From contig NW_013547020.1 of assembly GCF_000711695.1 (NCBI RefSeq), forward strand, positions 248,001-312,000: 64,000 bases of DNA. Direction: 5' to 3'. Shown one piece after another: positions 49,309-63,421 of this stretch. The DNA is from Tilletiaria anomala UBC 951. Its lineage: Eukaryota. Position 1 is the first letter of the stretch; the number at the start of each line of letters is the position of its first letter. Both the position numbers and the translations under genes were made by a program. The notes under the pieces were generated by a model, which was not told the DNA's origin, ran no database searches, and saw nothing but the letters and a program-made list of their open reading frames with translations.

Positions 49309-50921
49309 ATGGAGGGTACTGCAGATCTCACTTTTAATCAGCTGCTGCAGCGATGCTTTGCGCTCGCGGCCGGCGATACCGGCGCCGGCAGCTTCGTTGC
49401 AGCATCAGCAGCAGGAATGAGGAGCAGCACAGCCCAGGACCCAGCGCTGCCGCTTGTCTCGCTGCTCGAGCTGGCCGCCCGGCGCGCTGCACAGCTTGCG
49501 CTGGTCAACCCGGCCGAAGAGACACTGCGCGAGGTGTCGACCGGCGCGCTGCGCTCACTCCTGATCCATAGCCTGCGAGGCGAGGCTGAGGCCAACGTCC
49601 GCACCGCCTTTGACGCTAGGGCCGAGCGGCGGCGCAGGCTGGCGAACAGCAAGGTGAGTGCATGGGGATAGGCTGTGGCTTGCCCCGGGCGTGGCAAGCG
49701 TCATTGCTGATGTAACGTGTTTATTTTTGGTCGCTGCGATGCACTCAACAGGCGCACTACAACGTCTTCCTTCACTCTCTTCAAGCGCTCAAGATCATCC
49801 CGCCCATCACAGACTCGCTGCTCAAGGCGCATGCGCAGCTCTACGCGTCAGACGACGGCGAAGACGGCGGAGAAGCATCGTCAGCATCACGCACCGCGCT
49901 CCCTCCGAACGCAGCGCTCGCCGCTTCTGCGCGGCGGCGTGAGCTCAAGATTGCGCTGTTCAAAACCGAGCGCAGCCTCAAGTCCTCCCTCGAGCTGTTC
50001 CGCAGCGCCTTTTCTACAAGCAACAGGCTGTGGAGCGGCTCAGCGGCGCTGTCGTCACCTGAAGATGTGTTTTATGACGCCATGTTCCCACGGCGGCCGC
50101 GCAGGAAGGGCGGCGAAGGCGGAGAGGAAACGAACAGCGACGGGGACCAAGAGGAAGCGGACAGCGATGATGATGATGAGGACAAGGACGATGAAGAAGA
50201 AGATCGAAGCGCAGACGGCCAAGTGGTAGCAGGAGCAAGCAGCGACTCAAACACCGGCGTACCACGTACCGTTCGCGCATATATCCTGCTCTTGCTCAAC
50301 CTTCACGCAGTGAAAGCGTCGCAGCAGCTCGAGTCGGCACAGCAAGAGCTCCAGCTGCTCGCATCCATGCCAGAAGCAGCAGCCGTATCAGAAAACGGAT
50401 CTGGGCTGTCAGGGGCCGACCTCCGTCAGCGCGCACGCCACGCCGGCAACCCCGACTGGAGGCTCGATCGCGGTCCCGGAGGCAGCGGCGCGCTGTCCGG
50501 GCCGTTGCTCGACGACAAGGGTAAGCCGCTGCGCCCCTTTGTCATTACCGATGGTACCGATAACACCGGCAGCGGCGCTGCAGAAGCTGCTGTGCCAGCG
50601 GAGATGAGCGCACGAGAGCGCGCGCACGCCGAGGTCTTCCGGCCCTCGCACCGGCTGCCGACCATGTCGATCGACGACTACCTCGCCGAGGAGCGGCGGC
50701 GCGGCAATATCATCGAGGGTGGCGGCGCGGCGGCCGCGGCGCAGCCGACGCCGCGCGAGGCGCGCGCTCTGCGTGCAGAGGGACACGGCCCGGGCGGTGC
50801 CACCACCAGCACGACTCAGGCCGAGGAGGCGGACGAGGAGCGCCGAAGGGAGCAGATCGAATGGGACGAGTTCAAGGAGGCCAATCCAAAAGGCGCAGGT
50901 AACACGATGAATAGGGGCTAA
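49309..50921 (+). CDS. TAP42: PP2A-associated protein Tap42/alpha4 (IGBP1)
   Basis: One intron (about 49654-49751). EETLREVST, RRELKIALFK, GPLLDDKGKPLRPFVI, VFRPSHRLPTMSIDDYL, WDEFKEANPKGAGNTMNRG. Confidence 0.94.
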
Positions 50922-51014
50922 AGACTGTGTACTGCGGCGTCTATGGGACTAAGCGTTAGAAGACGACGTGCGGCTGTGAGCATGAGGGTGCCAACGTGCG
51001 GATGAGTGAAGGAG

Positions 51015-51040
51015 TGAATGAATGAATGAATGAATGAATG
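51015..51040. repeat. (TGAA)6 microsatellite between convergent genes
   Basis: tgaatgaatgaatgaatgaatgaatg seen directly. Confidence 0.85.
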
Positions 51041-51328
51041 TGGCAGCTTCGCTTCGAAGCAGATGTCCAAATGTTCGTGCTTGTCGGACTGGCCCGGTTG
51101 AGGAGGCCAGGGGTATCGATGATGAACGCAATCGCGGAAGTACAGGGGCTCGAATGGAGACGAAAGAAACAGTTTGTTAAGAGCGTGCGAAAGCCTGCTT
51201 CGCCGCGTCGGATATTGGAAGATCACGGCCTACGAAGGGAGCAGGAAAGGGGTTCTGTCAGTGGACTTCAGCGGAAATGCGTCAGCAGTGGTTCCCTCAC
51301 CTGTGTTTTAAGAGGAAAATTCTGCAGG

Positions 51329-54300
51329 CTACTCGCCGACCACACTCTGGCGGTGAGGGTCGATATAGAAGCGGAAAACCTGCATGGTCGGCGACATGTA
51401 CTCGCTGTATTGCCTGTGCAGCGCTCGCTTCGCCAATTTCCGTTGTGGTTTCTCGCTACTCGCACTGATGCTGTTGTGGCTGTTAGGCAGGCGTATGATC
51501 ATCGCAGGTTCGTATTCTGCCGGAGACGAAGGAGCACTGTTCGTCGACGCCGAATTCGACAGCGCTTCTATGCTCTCGTTCGGGTGTAAGTACAGCGGCG
51601 AAGAAGGTGCGTCGATCTCGACCGTCCGTGGTGACGGCGGTGGTGATGAACTTCGGCCCAGCAACCGGGGGCGAAGGCCGGGATCGGATGACGGTGATCT
51701 CGTCCGGCCTTGGAGGGAACGTCGCGACGATGATGATGAAGGCGACTGCAGCGTATTTCTGCTCGAGCTGGAAGGACCTCGTTCCAGTACCTCTCGTGTT
51801 GCAAAGAACGACCAGGCGTCGATGTCTGCCTCATTGGAGATCAGACTGCGCCCGCGCGGGTTCGACTCGGATTTCGACAAGGATGGCCCGGGATGGTGGT
51901 GGACAATGCCCGAGGCGCTTGTCGCCAAACCAGAGGCAAGGCTGGGGCGCCAGAGCATGCGCGGAAGCTCAGACATATCCTCATCGGACCCTGTAGTGTC
52001 ATCGAGGAACAGCCCCAACCCGGAGCTTATCTTAGCACCAGCCCGGAAGCGCCTCTTGGTCGAGCTGGACGTGGACGTGCGACAAGGCGTACCCGGCGAA
52101 GAGTGGCGCGCGTGTGCGGCATCGTACTGCGCCGTACCATGCGCCACTCTGTGAGACATGCGCTGCGGCAGGTGATAGCCCAGGCCTCGGACATTGCTGG
52201 GCGCCTTCCTGCTGCCGTTCGCCCCTTGCTGCTCTGGATGCAGCGTGACAGCTTCGAAGCGCATTCCATCGGACCCGCTCGCCATAGACATCACTTCCTC
52301 ATGGTCGTCGTTGCTCGCTGCCATCGATGATGGCGACGGGTTGATCTCCATGCCGAAGAATTCGTGCAACGCAGAGGCCGCATCGTATGGCACAGTGGAA
52401 GAAACCCATGAACGAGTAGGGATCCTCGGTGCGAGTGAGTTTGGTCGACTTGCAACCGAGTATGCGCTTCCTGTCGATGCTGTGGACACGGGCCGGAAGA
52501 GATGATCATGTTGCATTGAGGTGCGAGCGTCCTGATGACCATGAGAGGAATTGCGCAGTGTGTGTCGCTTGTCAGTCTGATCGACGTCCAATAAAAATCT
52601 TACTTGTCCTTTTGTCTTGGTAATCGATCTGGCGAGCTGAGCTTTCGCTTCTGGCGGACCGTTCAGCAGCAATTGCTGACGCACACTGTGCAGCATTGCA
52701 TTCTCCGCACTGGACTCGGTGCCGCGCCGCGGGCGCGTCTTGATGGGCACAATAGGTCTGCTCTCCTGCGTCGGCAGCGTCCCAGCGCGCCTTCTGCGGG
52801 GAGATGGCCTGCTAGGCACCACGAGCAGCTGTGCAATCAGACGAAGGGCTTCCTCGATCGCATCGAGGCCATCCATGTCTGCAATAGCATCGATTGTGCG
52901 CCGGTAGCGCTCGCGTGAGGGCGCTGGCATTATTCGAGCACGAGTTGGCGTCACGGTCATGGCTTGCGCATGGGTCTTGATCATGTGCATGCTTGGAATG
53001 CGGCTGGGTTTCGAATTGATGCCTTCTTCATGAGTCGCAGGTTCCGGGCGGGACTGGGGCGTGATACTAGAGTGTCCCACCGGCTTTTCGGAGAAGTCAG
53101 ATACATCTTCCTGTACGCTTTCGGTGGTGTCCAAGAAGTTCATAGTAGTGGCGCCGGCTGTCATTGAATGTTCTGAGCTACTCGGGCTGATCGCGGCCAG
53201 AATATCACAGCTGCCTAGTCTCTGAGGGATAGATTGCCCAGCTGCTGCAGATTGCCAATCGGCAATCGTTTCTGCCATGTAGTGAAGCAAGTCAGAACTT
53301 GCGTGTTGGTATAGCTCTCAGTTTTACTGCACAACTCACCATTCAACGTATTGATGAGCTTTGCCGCCGGCTGCCTTGAGTCCGAAGCCGCATTTGTATC
53401 GAGGCTAACGCCGAGACCTTGCACAGGCGTCGGCAGAGAGACAGACTGGAAAGAAGAGCTGCCAACGAGAGTCTCCTCGCTTGAGTCCCTCCTGACGAAG
53501 GGGGGGCGTGTCGGCTTCGGGTCACATGTTAGCCCGGCAGGAGCAAGCATGTCTTGATCAAATGGCCGAGCAGCAGAATCGATGTCCGAGTTGACACGTG
53601 GGACTTGTGAAGAGGCTGCCCAGGAGGTTTGAGTATCGTGCTTTGGCGCGGAAGAGTGCCAGTCCCCATGTTGTCTGTTTGGGCTCGCGAGGATCTCCAT
53701 GCTTTCACGATCTAGGGCAGGAGAGGGTGCCGAGATGAGCGGAGAGTCGACATTGCGCCAGGCAGTCGGAGAGTATAGGTATACTGCGGCTGAGAGGGGT
53801 GAAGCGCTTGCTTGGTGAATTTGACCATTCGTGGCGCCGCGCGACGTCGAGCTGATTTGTCTGGGGTGGGCAGCGGATTGCAAGGACACAGACACCTGCT
53901 GCGCACCGCCAGGAGGTCTTTCCGAAGGATACGATCCTTCAGCCGAGCCTGTAGCGTTCGGGCCTCCAGCGTTCGCTTGTGTGGCGTGATTGGCAGAACC
54001 CTCGTAGAGGTCGACCTTGAAGTCCGCAAAGCGAGGTGTGTTCGGAAGGCTGACGGAAGTCGGCAAGTCTCCATAATCCTTGGTTCTGTATCGAAATAAG
54101 CCTCCCGTCTTGACGCTACCGCTGCCAGGCAGACGGGACCAGAGGGAAGCTCCCTGTGCCTGCGCCACAGGTGTCTCGTAGGGTGAAACGAGTCGTTGCA
54201 CATGTCCATCGATTATCACACTCGGGGCGCTCTGTACCTTGCGAGATTTCGGTCCGGAGCGATTGCCGCTCCACCAGCGTTTCAGCCTACCACCTGTTGT

Positions 54301-55158
54301 CGAGCCGCCTTTTCGATTGCGTCGAGAGTTTGGCCAGTTCAACGACCCGTCAGCGGAAGAACGGTCAGAGACGAACGACGTGGAGCCACCGAGCTTTGTG
54401 GCATCGTCATCGGAGCCATCGTGATACCGAGAGCGAGCCTGCCGGTCCAGGCTATCGATGCTAGCTTGGAGTTCTGTTGCTTTGCGCTCGAGGTTACGGA
54501 CGCCATGGCGATAGACGCATATGCCGACGACAGACATAGCAAGTATCAGGACAATGATTCCGAAGACAGACATGCCTAGATACGCAGCGAAATGAGGCGG
54601 CGGGGGCTGCCAAGCAGAGGGCAGGTATGCACTGCTGCTTGCGTCAGAGTCTGCATTAGAGCCCGAAAACGAGGCCTCAGCGGAAGGGCTGCCAGCACTG
54701 AGCGATGGATGTGCAGCCGCCACCGCCGCAGTCGAGAAAGCAACTGCCGCTGGTGATGTGTAGACGAAGCCGTATGGGTCCGTCAGAGTGAGCGCGCTTG
54801 TGTATGCGATCCGCGGCTGGATACCGGTTGTGCCCGCAAGTACGAAGGAACCGGCATTGATGATGCGTTTGCTACCTGCGGGGTCAGGACCGTACTCAAC
54901 CTTGTTGCTCCCCTTATCGGTGCTATAGGGTCTTGTGTGGGCTGGACTCCTACTACCGCCACCATTTCTGGCTCCATTACCCTTGGTATCACCATTGACG
55001 TCTGCTACATCTCGTGGGGCTTGCCGATGTTGTTGGGCCCTCCCTCTTGGTGTAGACGGCATGCGGGAATAGCGCCGGGCAGGGCGGCCGGCAGCTCGAG
55101 TAGGAAGCGCTGGGTCATAAGCGAGTACCCCGAATGGTGCCAGGTCCCGCTGGTCCAT
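51329..55158 (-). CDS. Large (about 1250 aa) Ser/Pro-rich hypothetical protein with one predicted TM helix
   Basis: Two long ORFs joined in frame by intron 53272-53339; TM segment FAAYLGMSVFGIIVLILAMSVVGICVY. The C-terminus may extend to 51177 through a further intron. Confidence 0.75.
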
Positions 55159-56246
55159 CTTGACCGTGCGTCCGCTCAAGTATATGCTGATAGCACCTCC
55201 TGCGCCGCGTGGAGGGTCAGCAAAGCATGCGTGAATGAGTACGATGATACGGCGACGACCGTGAGCTTGCTGCCAGCGCTTGCTTCTTGACAAGGCGATG
55301 AAGCACACAGACTCTAGTGGATGGTGTTGATGGTTAGAAGTACAGAATTGAATGCATTCACACAAGCCATCACACCTACATCCAGAGCTCAAAGGGCGAC
55401 GAGGACTCGGTCAAACGGCGAGAAACACGAGGATTGAACAAACCCTTTCCGAGTCCGTGCTCATCGGTCATTCAGATGTCCGAGTGAGGTTGTGAAGACT
55501 GCACAGCCAAACGGATGTTCATGTAGAGGATCGTGGCAAGAGGCTTCCGGCGTTTCAGGCACATTTGCAGCACACCTATGAGTCTCTTGCTGTCATTGTT
55601 TCAAGCGTCGGATGCTCGGAGCGGCACTAGCAAGTTAGCCGTTGGCTAAGGCACATCGAAAGGTCATCCATGTGAGGACTTCAGAGAGCGAGGCTGCGAA
55701 GAGTCTGCTCGTAGAGAACGCAGGATACGAATATGAATTACCGGAGCGAGGAGGGCGAGGGGCGAAGAGGCTTGCGAAGTCCGGGTGTTGACGCATTGTT
55801 GGTGTCGTCATCGATAGGCGCGCTCTATCAATATTCAGTAGACCGATCTCGAGATACCAAGGGGGAGTGTGCCTGGATTGCCTAGTCCATTGATATGATG
55901 CTGAATGCATCGATGCAGACAACTCACGTTCTTCCGCGGAGAGAGAGTGTCTGTGTGTCTCGCAACTTGTTGAAGCTTGGAACGAGTAAAATGGGGAAGA
56001 TGGATGCGATCCTAGCCGTTGATGGGTTAATGGTGTTGACGCTGTCCGTTGTGCTGGGCGGGCGCGACCATGTAGGCCAATGCAGATCACGTGACATTCC
56101 AAGTTCCTCGATTCCTCTCTCTTTCTAGTCTTCACTTTCAAGAGCAAGTCACCTTTCGCCAGTCTTCCGACCTTTTAGAAAGTCTGAGGGCATCAAGCAA
56201 GAATCCGCCTCGAACAGGTAGACGCTGTTAGCCGAAACTATTTACC

Positions 56247-56861
56247 ATGACAGCAGCGGCCTCCTCGTCCTCCGCAGTGACCCGGCATGTCCGCTCGCGC
56301 CTGCTGCGCGGCACCCTCTTTTCGAGGCCCGGGCCTGCTGGCCAACCAGCAGGCTCATACGTTCTTCCCTGCCGCAAGATCGTCCTCGAATACTGCCCGC
56401 GCGGGGCCAGCAGCGTTGGTACGAGAGACTTTCTCACCACACCTACGCACAAGGCGCCAAGAGTCGCGGCGGCGGCTATTGCGGCCCAGTCGCGGATCGT
56501 GCAACTCGCACAAGAGTTTCCCAGCGTAGAGGTCGTCATCAAGGAGGCGCCGCATAAGCACCCGCTCGCACGAGGTTTCTACAGTGAGCAAAGAACTAAA
56601 GCATACCTGAATCTGTCTTGAGTAATTCTCTGATTCGTTCTTTTGGGCGAACGTTTGTCAACTTGGTCGACAGTGAATGGCCGCACGAAGGAAATCTCTC
56701 TCCGGAACCTACCTCGCAACTCTGTTTCGAAAACGCTGGAGTTGCTGCTCAACTCCTCAGGCAAGAAAATTGTCAGCCTCAAACGCAAGCCGGTGGAGAG
56801 CATCACGGAGTCAGCAAGAGGGATATGGAGCGCACTACACGCCCCACCGAAGCAACTGTGA
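56247..56861 (+). CDS. MRPL51: Mitochondrial ribosomal protein mL43 (MrpL51)
   Basis: Intron 56584-56673. YVLPCRKIVLEYC..SSVGTRDFL, HPLARGFY.NGRTKEISLRNL, PVESITESARGIWSALH. Confidence 0.92.
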
Positions 56862-57151
56862 TCCGCGCACACATGCTGCGTGCACACCCTGCTCCCCCGC
56901 TCCTGCATGCTGGGCACCCATCCTCCTACGACGGCCGTTTGCCTTCTTTTTGTGCCACAGAGCATGCGCCAACTGTATTTGTACCACTCAACCAGCATGC
57001 AGGCTTTCACTGGCCTATTGTGTGAAGACTAAGCGAAAGTTACGGGTGTCTCGCATACAACGAGCAAAAGTTAAATGCGTTTCTCCTCGTACCTATCGTA
57101 CACTGCTAATCGAAGCCGACCGCATATAGGTGTTGCGCTATTTATACACGC

Positions 57152-58529
57152 TCATTCATCCATCCCCCTTCTTCTCATGCTCCGAGCCCCGTCCTCGGCC
57201 GCTGCAGCCGGTGAGCGGGAGCGTTTCCTGAACTCCCTCTCCCGGTCGTCTCTTCGGTAATCGTCGGCGCGCCGGTCCCTGTACCCGTCGCGCTCGTCAT
57301 ACCGCCGGCGCTCTTGGTCCCGATCTCGATCTCGCGGATCGCTGCGCATCGACCGGTCCCAATCTCGCTCCCGGTCGTCGTAGCGATCGCGCGGCCCCGT
57401 CGGAGCGCCAGACAACCCTATGCCGCCAGCGAGGGGGGGGCGACCGTTCGGGACGTAAGAGCCCACACTATTCTGGTTCAGGTGATACCCATTTCCTGCA
57501 CCGGGACCGCCTGCAGCGTTCGGAAGAGACGTGCCGATGCCGGCTGCGATGGCTGCTGCGGGGCCAGTGCCATCTGCGCGCTTTTGCTCGAACTCGGTTA
57601 TCATCTGGCGCAGTTTAAGATAGCCCAAGTGCATCTAAGGTGGGAGTAGATGGCATGCATGCCGGGGTCAGCTCTGCGGCGGTTCAGCGTCCTAGCTCGA
57701 ATGTGATTGTGAACGCACCTTGCCTCCAAAGTGATCTGCAAGCCGTCTGTCAGAGTCCAGGATGGAAAGATATGCACCACAGACATCGCAGACTCTGAGC
57801 TTCTGATGCCCACTTGCGCCAGCGCTCTCATTAAGCTGCTGCAATTCCCTCTCCTTCTGGGCCTTCTCCTCCTTGAGTGCCTCCGCCTTTGCCAGCTCTT
57901 GCAGCGAAGCCTCGACCTCGCCTTCTTCACCCAGACGCTCGACCTCTGCCATAGCAGCTTGTACTGCGCTCTCCACCTCGCCGATTTCACGCATCAGATT
58001 CGAGAACTTGGCCGTCTCCTCAGGCGTCTGATCCAAGCGTCGTTTGTTGGCGGCGATTTTGCGATCGATGTCCGCCATGAAGGAGATGACGTTCTGCTCA
58101 TGTTCGAGCTCGAAGGTCGGGTAGCGCTCTTTCTTAGCCAGCGCTGCATTGTACTCGTCTTTCAGGCGCGGATTATGCGACTTTGGACATGGGCCCAGGT
58201 CGACTTTCTGCAGATGCAGAGCACACATGATGGCGGGCATTAAGATTAAAGAGGATATGAGAGGAGCATGCGGTCAAGGATTGGGCGCTCACTGTATTTG
58301 AGAATAAGTCATGCGGGCAGACTCCGCACAGAAAGTTCTTGCACACCTTGACGTCTGTAAAGTGCAAGTTCTCCGTCGCTGTGCCCATGGCTGATAGAGT
58401 GAGAAGACAATGAGGAATGGTCAGCACTACACATGCGTCGAATGCCGCGCAGCTGAAGTACGGGCACACACCCTCCGGTCCCATGAGCTTCTCAAGCATG
58501 ATACGCTGGATTTCGGCTTTCCTCCCCAT
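57152..58529 (-). CDS. LUC7: U1 snRNP protein Luc7
   Basis: VCKNFLCGVCPHDLFSNTKVDLGPCPKSH; HQKLRVCDVCGAYLSILDSDRRLADHFGGKMHLGY; RD/RS-rich tail; three introns. Confidence 0.96.
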
Positions 58530-59385
58530 CTTGGCGAATCTGAATCTAGAAGAGTTCCACTTATGTTGTTTCGTTGTTGAACGCACAAAAGCCTCAAAGT
58601 CTTCGTGCGCGATGAGCCGGTTGCAGTCGTGCAAGCGCTCAGGCGCAGTTCGACTTGGGCTCTGTCAATTTCGACCAACACTTGTTGCTTGCTATTCTGC
58701 TGCTCTGGACTGCTCTGGATGCCTGTTCAATGCTCGACTGCATCCCGGGCAGGTCATGCAGTGATGGAAAGCGCTCACATCAATCTGAGCTTGTGAAGAA
58801 ATGCTCTCGGATCATCCATTAATCGCATGCCAGTTGCCTGTTGGAAGCATTTCTGGTGTGAGGAACGCATATTCCCCGGAGCTCGGAAGAGCCAGGCCGG
58901 AACCCAGGGTAATTTTGGTAGAACTGCGCAAAAATGGAAACAAACCTGAACATTTGGGAATTACCCGATCTAGGTGACGTTTGCTGGTAATTCTCGAGAG
59001 TCGGCGGAAGTCTCTCGTAGGCACTTCGTCAGAGGGTAGATGGCGCAACGAGGGAATCTCCGCAGAAGCCAGAATAGGGCAGTGAAGTCTAGTCTGTCAT
59101 AGCAGAGGGACAAGAGGGAGAGAGATGCAGTCCGACGTCAATTGCTCCCTTTAAGCGTTACTATGCTTGGCACCTTCGACAGCCTTTGTGTCTCCTCCGT
59201 CAAGCTCAGGATAGAGGTGCGAAAGAAAGGTCAGACGAGGGCCCCTCCTGGCCCATCCGACCTGTTCGGCGAGAGGGACCCGGGTTGGCGACGTCAGGTT
59301 ACGCGGTGAGGCCAGGCAAGGGCACGTCGAACCTCTTCAGGTCTTGGGTCTTCTAGCCATCATCGTAGCGCTGATCAACGCAGAG

Positions 59386-62300
59386 ATGGCACCTCAAACT
59401 GCCGTCACTATTACGCGTGAGCATTTATTTCGCTCGTAGCAATCGCAGGAGATGTGGTGAGAAGGAGAGCTGACGGTTTACTCTCGCACCATGTTCTGCA
59501 GGGCTCGAGCCCGCCGTCTTTCTGCGAGGACAGTCTGCTTCTGGTGAAGGTGCGTTGAATTTTGGCGCCTATTTATTTGTCGGCCCCGTATACCTACGGT
59601 GGAGAGAGAGCGCACTCAGGTTCGAGATCTGCTCCAAGCTGAGGCGGCCAGGGCTGACCCATGATTATGGCTTCGCCTTGTATTCGCCTCGCCCTCAGAT
59701 GGACGAGGCCGACGCCGTCACGTCAACCTGGACGCTCCACCCTCTCAACTGCGAGCGCTTCTGTCTTTGACATTGCTAAAGCCCTCAAAGATCAAAGACA
59801 TTTCCATTAGCTTGACTGGAATCGCTCGCACGGATTGGCCTGAGGGAATCGGTCCCAATCGACTCGAATTGAGCGAAGAGTCCGTCATCATCAAACAGGT
59901 GGTCTCACTTTTCAATGCCAAGAGGGAGCGACATATGGAAAACAGGCTCGAGGCTGGCGGCAACGGCCGAAGGAGATGCACAAGTGAGGGCGAGTTGAAT
60001 CACGGTGGTGAAGCCTCCCAAGACGAGTACCGTTCTGATGGTGCAAGCGAACACCGTCCATCGTCCTCTAACGAGCCGGACCGGCACTTCCCTGGCTCCA
60101 ACTTTAGGCGCGAGCAGACCTCCTTGACCCCAAATGGATCCAGCTTCAAAGACAGCCTAGCATCTGCGATGGTGCTGATCCCTCCTTCGCTTCGCGGTGT
60201 TGACATGGGTGCCGTGAACCGTGCACGGCAACGCGAGAGGGAGAGAGGTAATGAATTGCATCAAGGGAAGCAATTGCAATTGTCCAATTTTCGCACTTTC
60301 TCTGAAGCGCCAGAACAACTCTCCCTTGGTCAGAACGGCGTCGGAAGGCTCGGAACGGCCAGAGGCTTCAACGTCTCGGCGGCAGCGCCTGTGGTGGACA
60401 GTCTGGGAGCGATGACTCGCTCTTGTTCCTCCGGTGGTCTCCCGCCGAGCTCGGCATCGGGTGTAGCCAAGAGCACGGATCCATATTTGAGCCCAGCTAA
60501 CGACCGGGTGCTTAGCCCTCTGGAAAAAGGCTTGCTTAAGCTCAGTAAGGTCAAAGCCGGCTCCAGCGGTAGTGGACCCAAAGGCAAGGACAAGGGCAAA
60601 GGAAAAAGCAAAGATGGCATTGAAAACTTTGATCCTGGGTATGGATGCGTTTCAACGCCACCCAGAGGTGGAAGCCAAAGTCTGCCCGTCTCCCGCGTGC
60701 AGACGCCTGTTGCCACCGCTCCTCTCCTCACCGAGGACGCTCAAGCTTCCGGCCTGGCCGCGGATGGCGACAACGAAGGGCCAGCAGGGGACTATTTTGG
60801 GGCGAGCGCACCAGGTGTTTCTTCATTCGCGGCTGGTGACAGTGGCGGCTCTTCAGCCGTACCTTGGGACGACCCGCCTATGTACACTTACTACAATTCG
60901 TTACCGCCATGGCCTGCGACTGAAACTGCAGGCACAGCGAAGATGGACGAGGAGAGGCAATCGCCGGGGGCAACAACAGAGACAGCGACCATGTCGACAG
61001 CACTTGAGCCTATTTCCTCTTCGATGACCGGCGTGCAAAGCTCGAGCACGGAAAGGGAGTCGACGGCCGCCAGCTCTGTATCTGAGAGTGGCAGCAAACC
61101 ACTGTCGCCTTTCCGAAATTCCTCCTCCCCGTCTCTACCAGCCAACGCTCATGCATGGCGTGGCGCGCCGGCACCGGAGACAGTCTGGGCCGCGGGACCT
61201 AGCGGCAAGGGCATCTTACAGCACAGCGGACAATCAAAAGGCAAAGGCAGAGTTGCGCCGCGTAACGAGCAGGTCAGATTCGATGCTGCTGCCTTAGCTT
61301 GCGCGGCACTCATCGACGCCGACATTCAGAACGAAGGTGGTGCTCAGCAAGCGCCTGTGCCCAGCTCGCCGAAAGTGCCATCAGCTTCAGCTTCCACTGT
61401 GGCCCTCAATGAGCCCATTCCACATCGCGTGGACTCTCATTCTTCGGCAACAAGCAGCCGAACGACGCTGGAGAGGCGCTCCTGTAGTGCCACGTCTAGT
61501 CCAGAGCATCCTATCAATGGTTCAAGTGCTTCATCCCCGCTGCTTCTTACCGGCACGGGCGATAAACCGAAAGACAAGAGTCCAATCCGGTCCAATTCTG
61601 TGCCAGGCTCAGGCGTGGCGTGGACCGTGCAGTCTGCTAGTCCGGGAGCAGGTGCAGTAAAAGGCAAGGAAAAAGGCGGTCTGAAAGGCTTGCTTAGCGG
61701 GCTGAACCATGATCACAAGAGCAAGGAGCGCGAAAGGGACAAAGATAAGTCGGAAAAGAAGAGCTTCACGCCTAGTCGTGAGCGCGAGAGGGAGCGCGAT
61801 AAAAAGGAACTCAAGGAGCTCGCGAAAGGGGAAAAACAGGACTCAAATTCGGAGTGGCAAGAGTTCAAAGCAGGTGAGTTCAAGAACTTGTTTGCATGGC
61901 CCAGCTGCAGGCTTATCGATCCTGATCTCGCCTCTCGAGTCTCTTTCAGGTGCGTACACGTTCCCTATCTGCATTCCGCTGCCCAGCAATCTTCCGCCCA
62001 CCCTGCATGCCGATTTCGGTTCGAACCAATATACACTCAAAGCTCTTGTGCAGCGAGCAGGCGCTTTGACGCCGAACTTAACAACTGAACGCGAGGTTAC
62101 CTTCATTCACGCGCCAGACGAAGATGAAATGGAAGGTTCAGATGCCATCGTCGTCCAGCGCACTTGGGAGGACGCGCTTTCGTATGTCGTGGTCATCAGC
62201 GGCAAGAGCTTTCCGCTTGGAAGCAAAATTCCCATGTGGCTGAAGTTCGTTCCCCTGACCAAGGTCAAGATTCACCGGATCGTGGCAACGATGGAGGAGA

Positions 62301-63181
62301 AGACAGACTACTACGCGAAAAACAAGCGCGTCGCGCGACACGAGGTGCCAAGGCGATGGAATTTGCTCAAGCTTGCCAACTCCAATCACGAACCGCTGTT
62401 GCCTTTGCTTGACGATTCTCCGGACGCGCTGGCCACTTCCGTGCTTGGTCCCTTTGTCGCAGCCGCCGCCGAAGATTCATCGGATGCACTGCCGACCATG
62501 TTGGACCCAAATGGTCCATGGGAACTGGTTGCAGACCTGGAACTCTCGAAGAAGCTGCACAGAATCAACTTATCATCGAACCACAAGCGCTCGAACATCG
62601 CTGTGCACCATATGCTACGCCTCACAATCCGTGTCGAGCGCGAGGAGGACAATCGCGATGTCCCTGCCGACGGAAAACGTAGGCTGTTCGATATTGTCAT
62701 TGAGGCGCCTATCGCACTCAATCACTCGTACACAAACGAAGATTGGATCAAGTTGCCTAACTATGACCTTGCAAGAGATGACGTCTCACCGGGGAGCGCG
62801 AATCCGCCTCCCCCACCACCACCCATCGACCAGCAGGACCGGTCCCCACCGCCGGCCGTTCTCCGAGCGTTCAGTCCGACAGTCGCCAGAAAGCTCTCCG
62901 AACAGCGCCACCAGCCTGCGCCACGCATGGAGGCCGCCGCGAGTCTGGGCACGACGGCGAGCAGCAGCAGTCGGCAATTGACGCGGCGCTGGCTCGCACT
63001 CAGTGAAACGGCCGGCCGCTTCGGCGCGCGGCTCGAGTTGCCGGGCGAGAGGCGCGTAGAGAGCGCAGACGACCCTCTGCCTCCACTCGAGCCGCCGCCA
63101 CCATCGTACCAAACCGCGGTGTTCTCGCGGCCGGTCTTGATGCATGCCGGCAGCGAGGACGCCGTTGCGCAGGTTGACTAG
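59386..63181 (+). CDS. Alpha-arrestin (arrestin-related trafficking adaptor) with large disordered insert
   Basis: Exons starting at 59386, 59502, 59699 and 61951. LEPAVFLRG, ARTDWPEGIG, WQEFKAGAYTFPICIPLP..LPPTL, RTWEDALSY, LPNY and PPPSY (PY motifs). Confidence 0.9.
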
Positions 63182-63421
63182 CCTATCGATATTTTAATAC
63201 CTACCCACAGGTCATTTGTATAGTAGAGAGCATTATCGCAGTCAAACGGGGCTTATTTTGTGGACGGTCGTATCATAATACAAAAAGACGATTCGTATTC
63301 ATTACATTTTGCGCGTTGTGCGGTGCTTTACATTGCGCGCTCCTTATCACCATCCGTGCTTGCGTTGGTGCAAATATGCATGCAGATGCAAGCCGTCTTG
63401 TTTTGCCTGCTGCCTTCCCCG

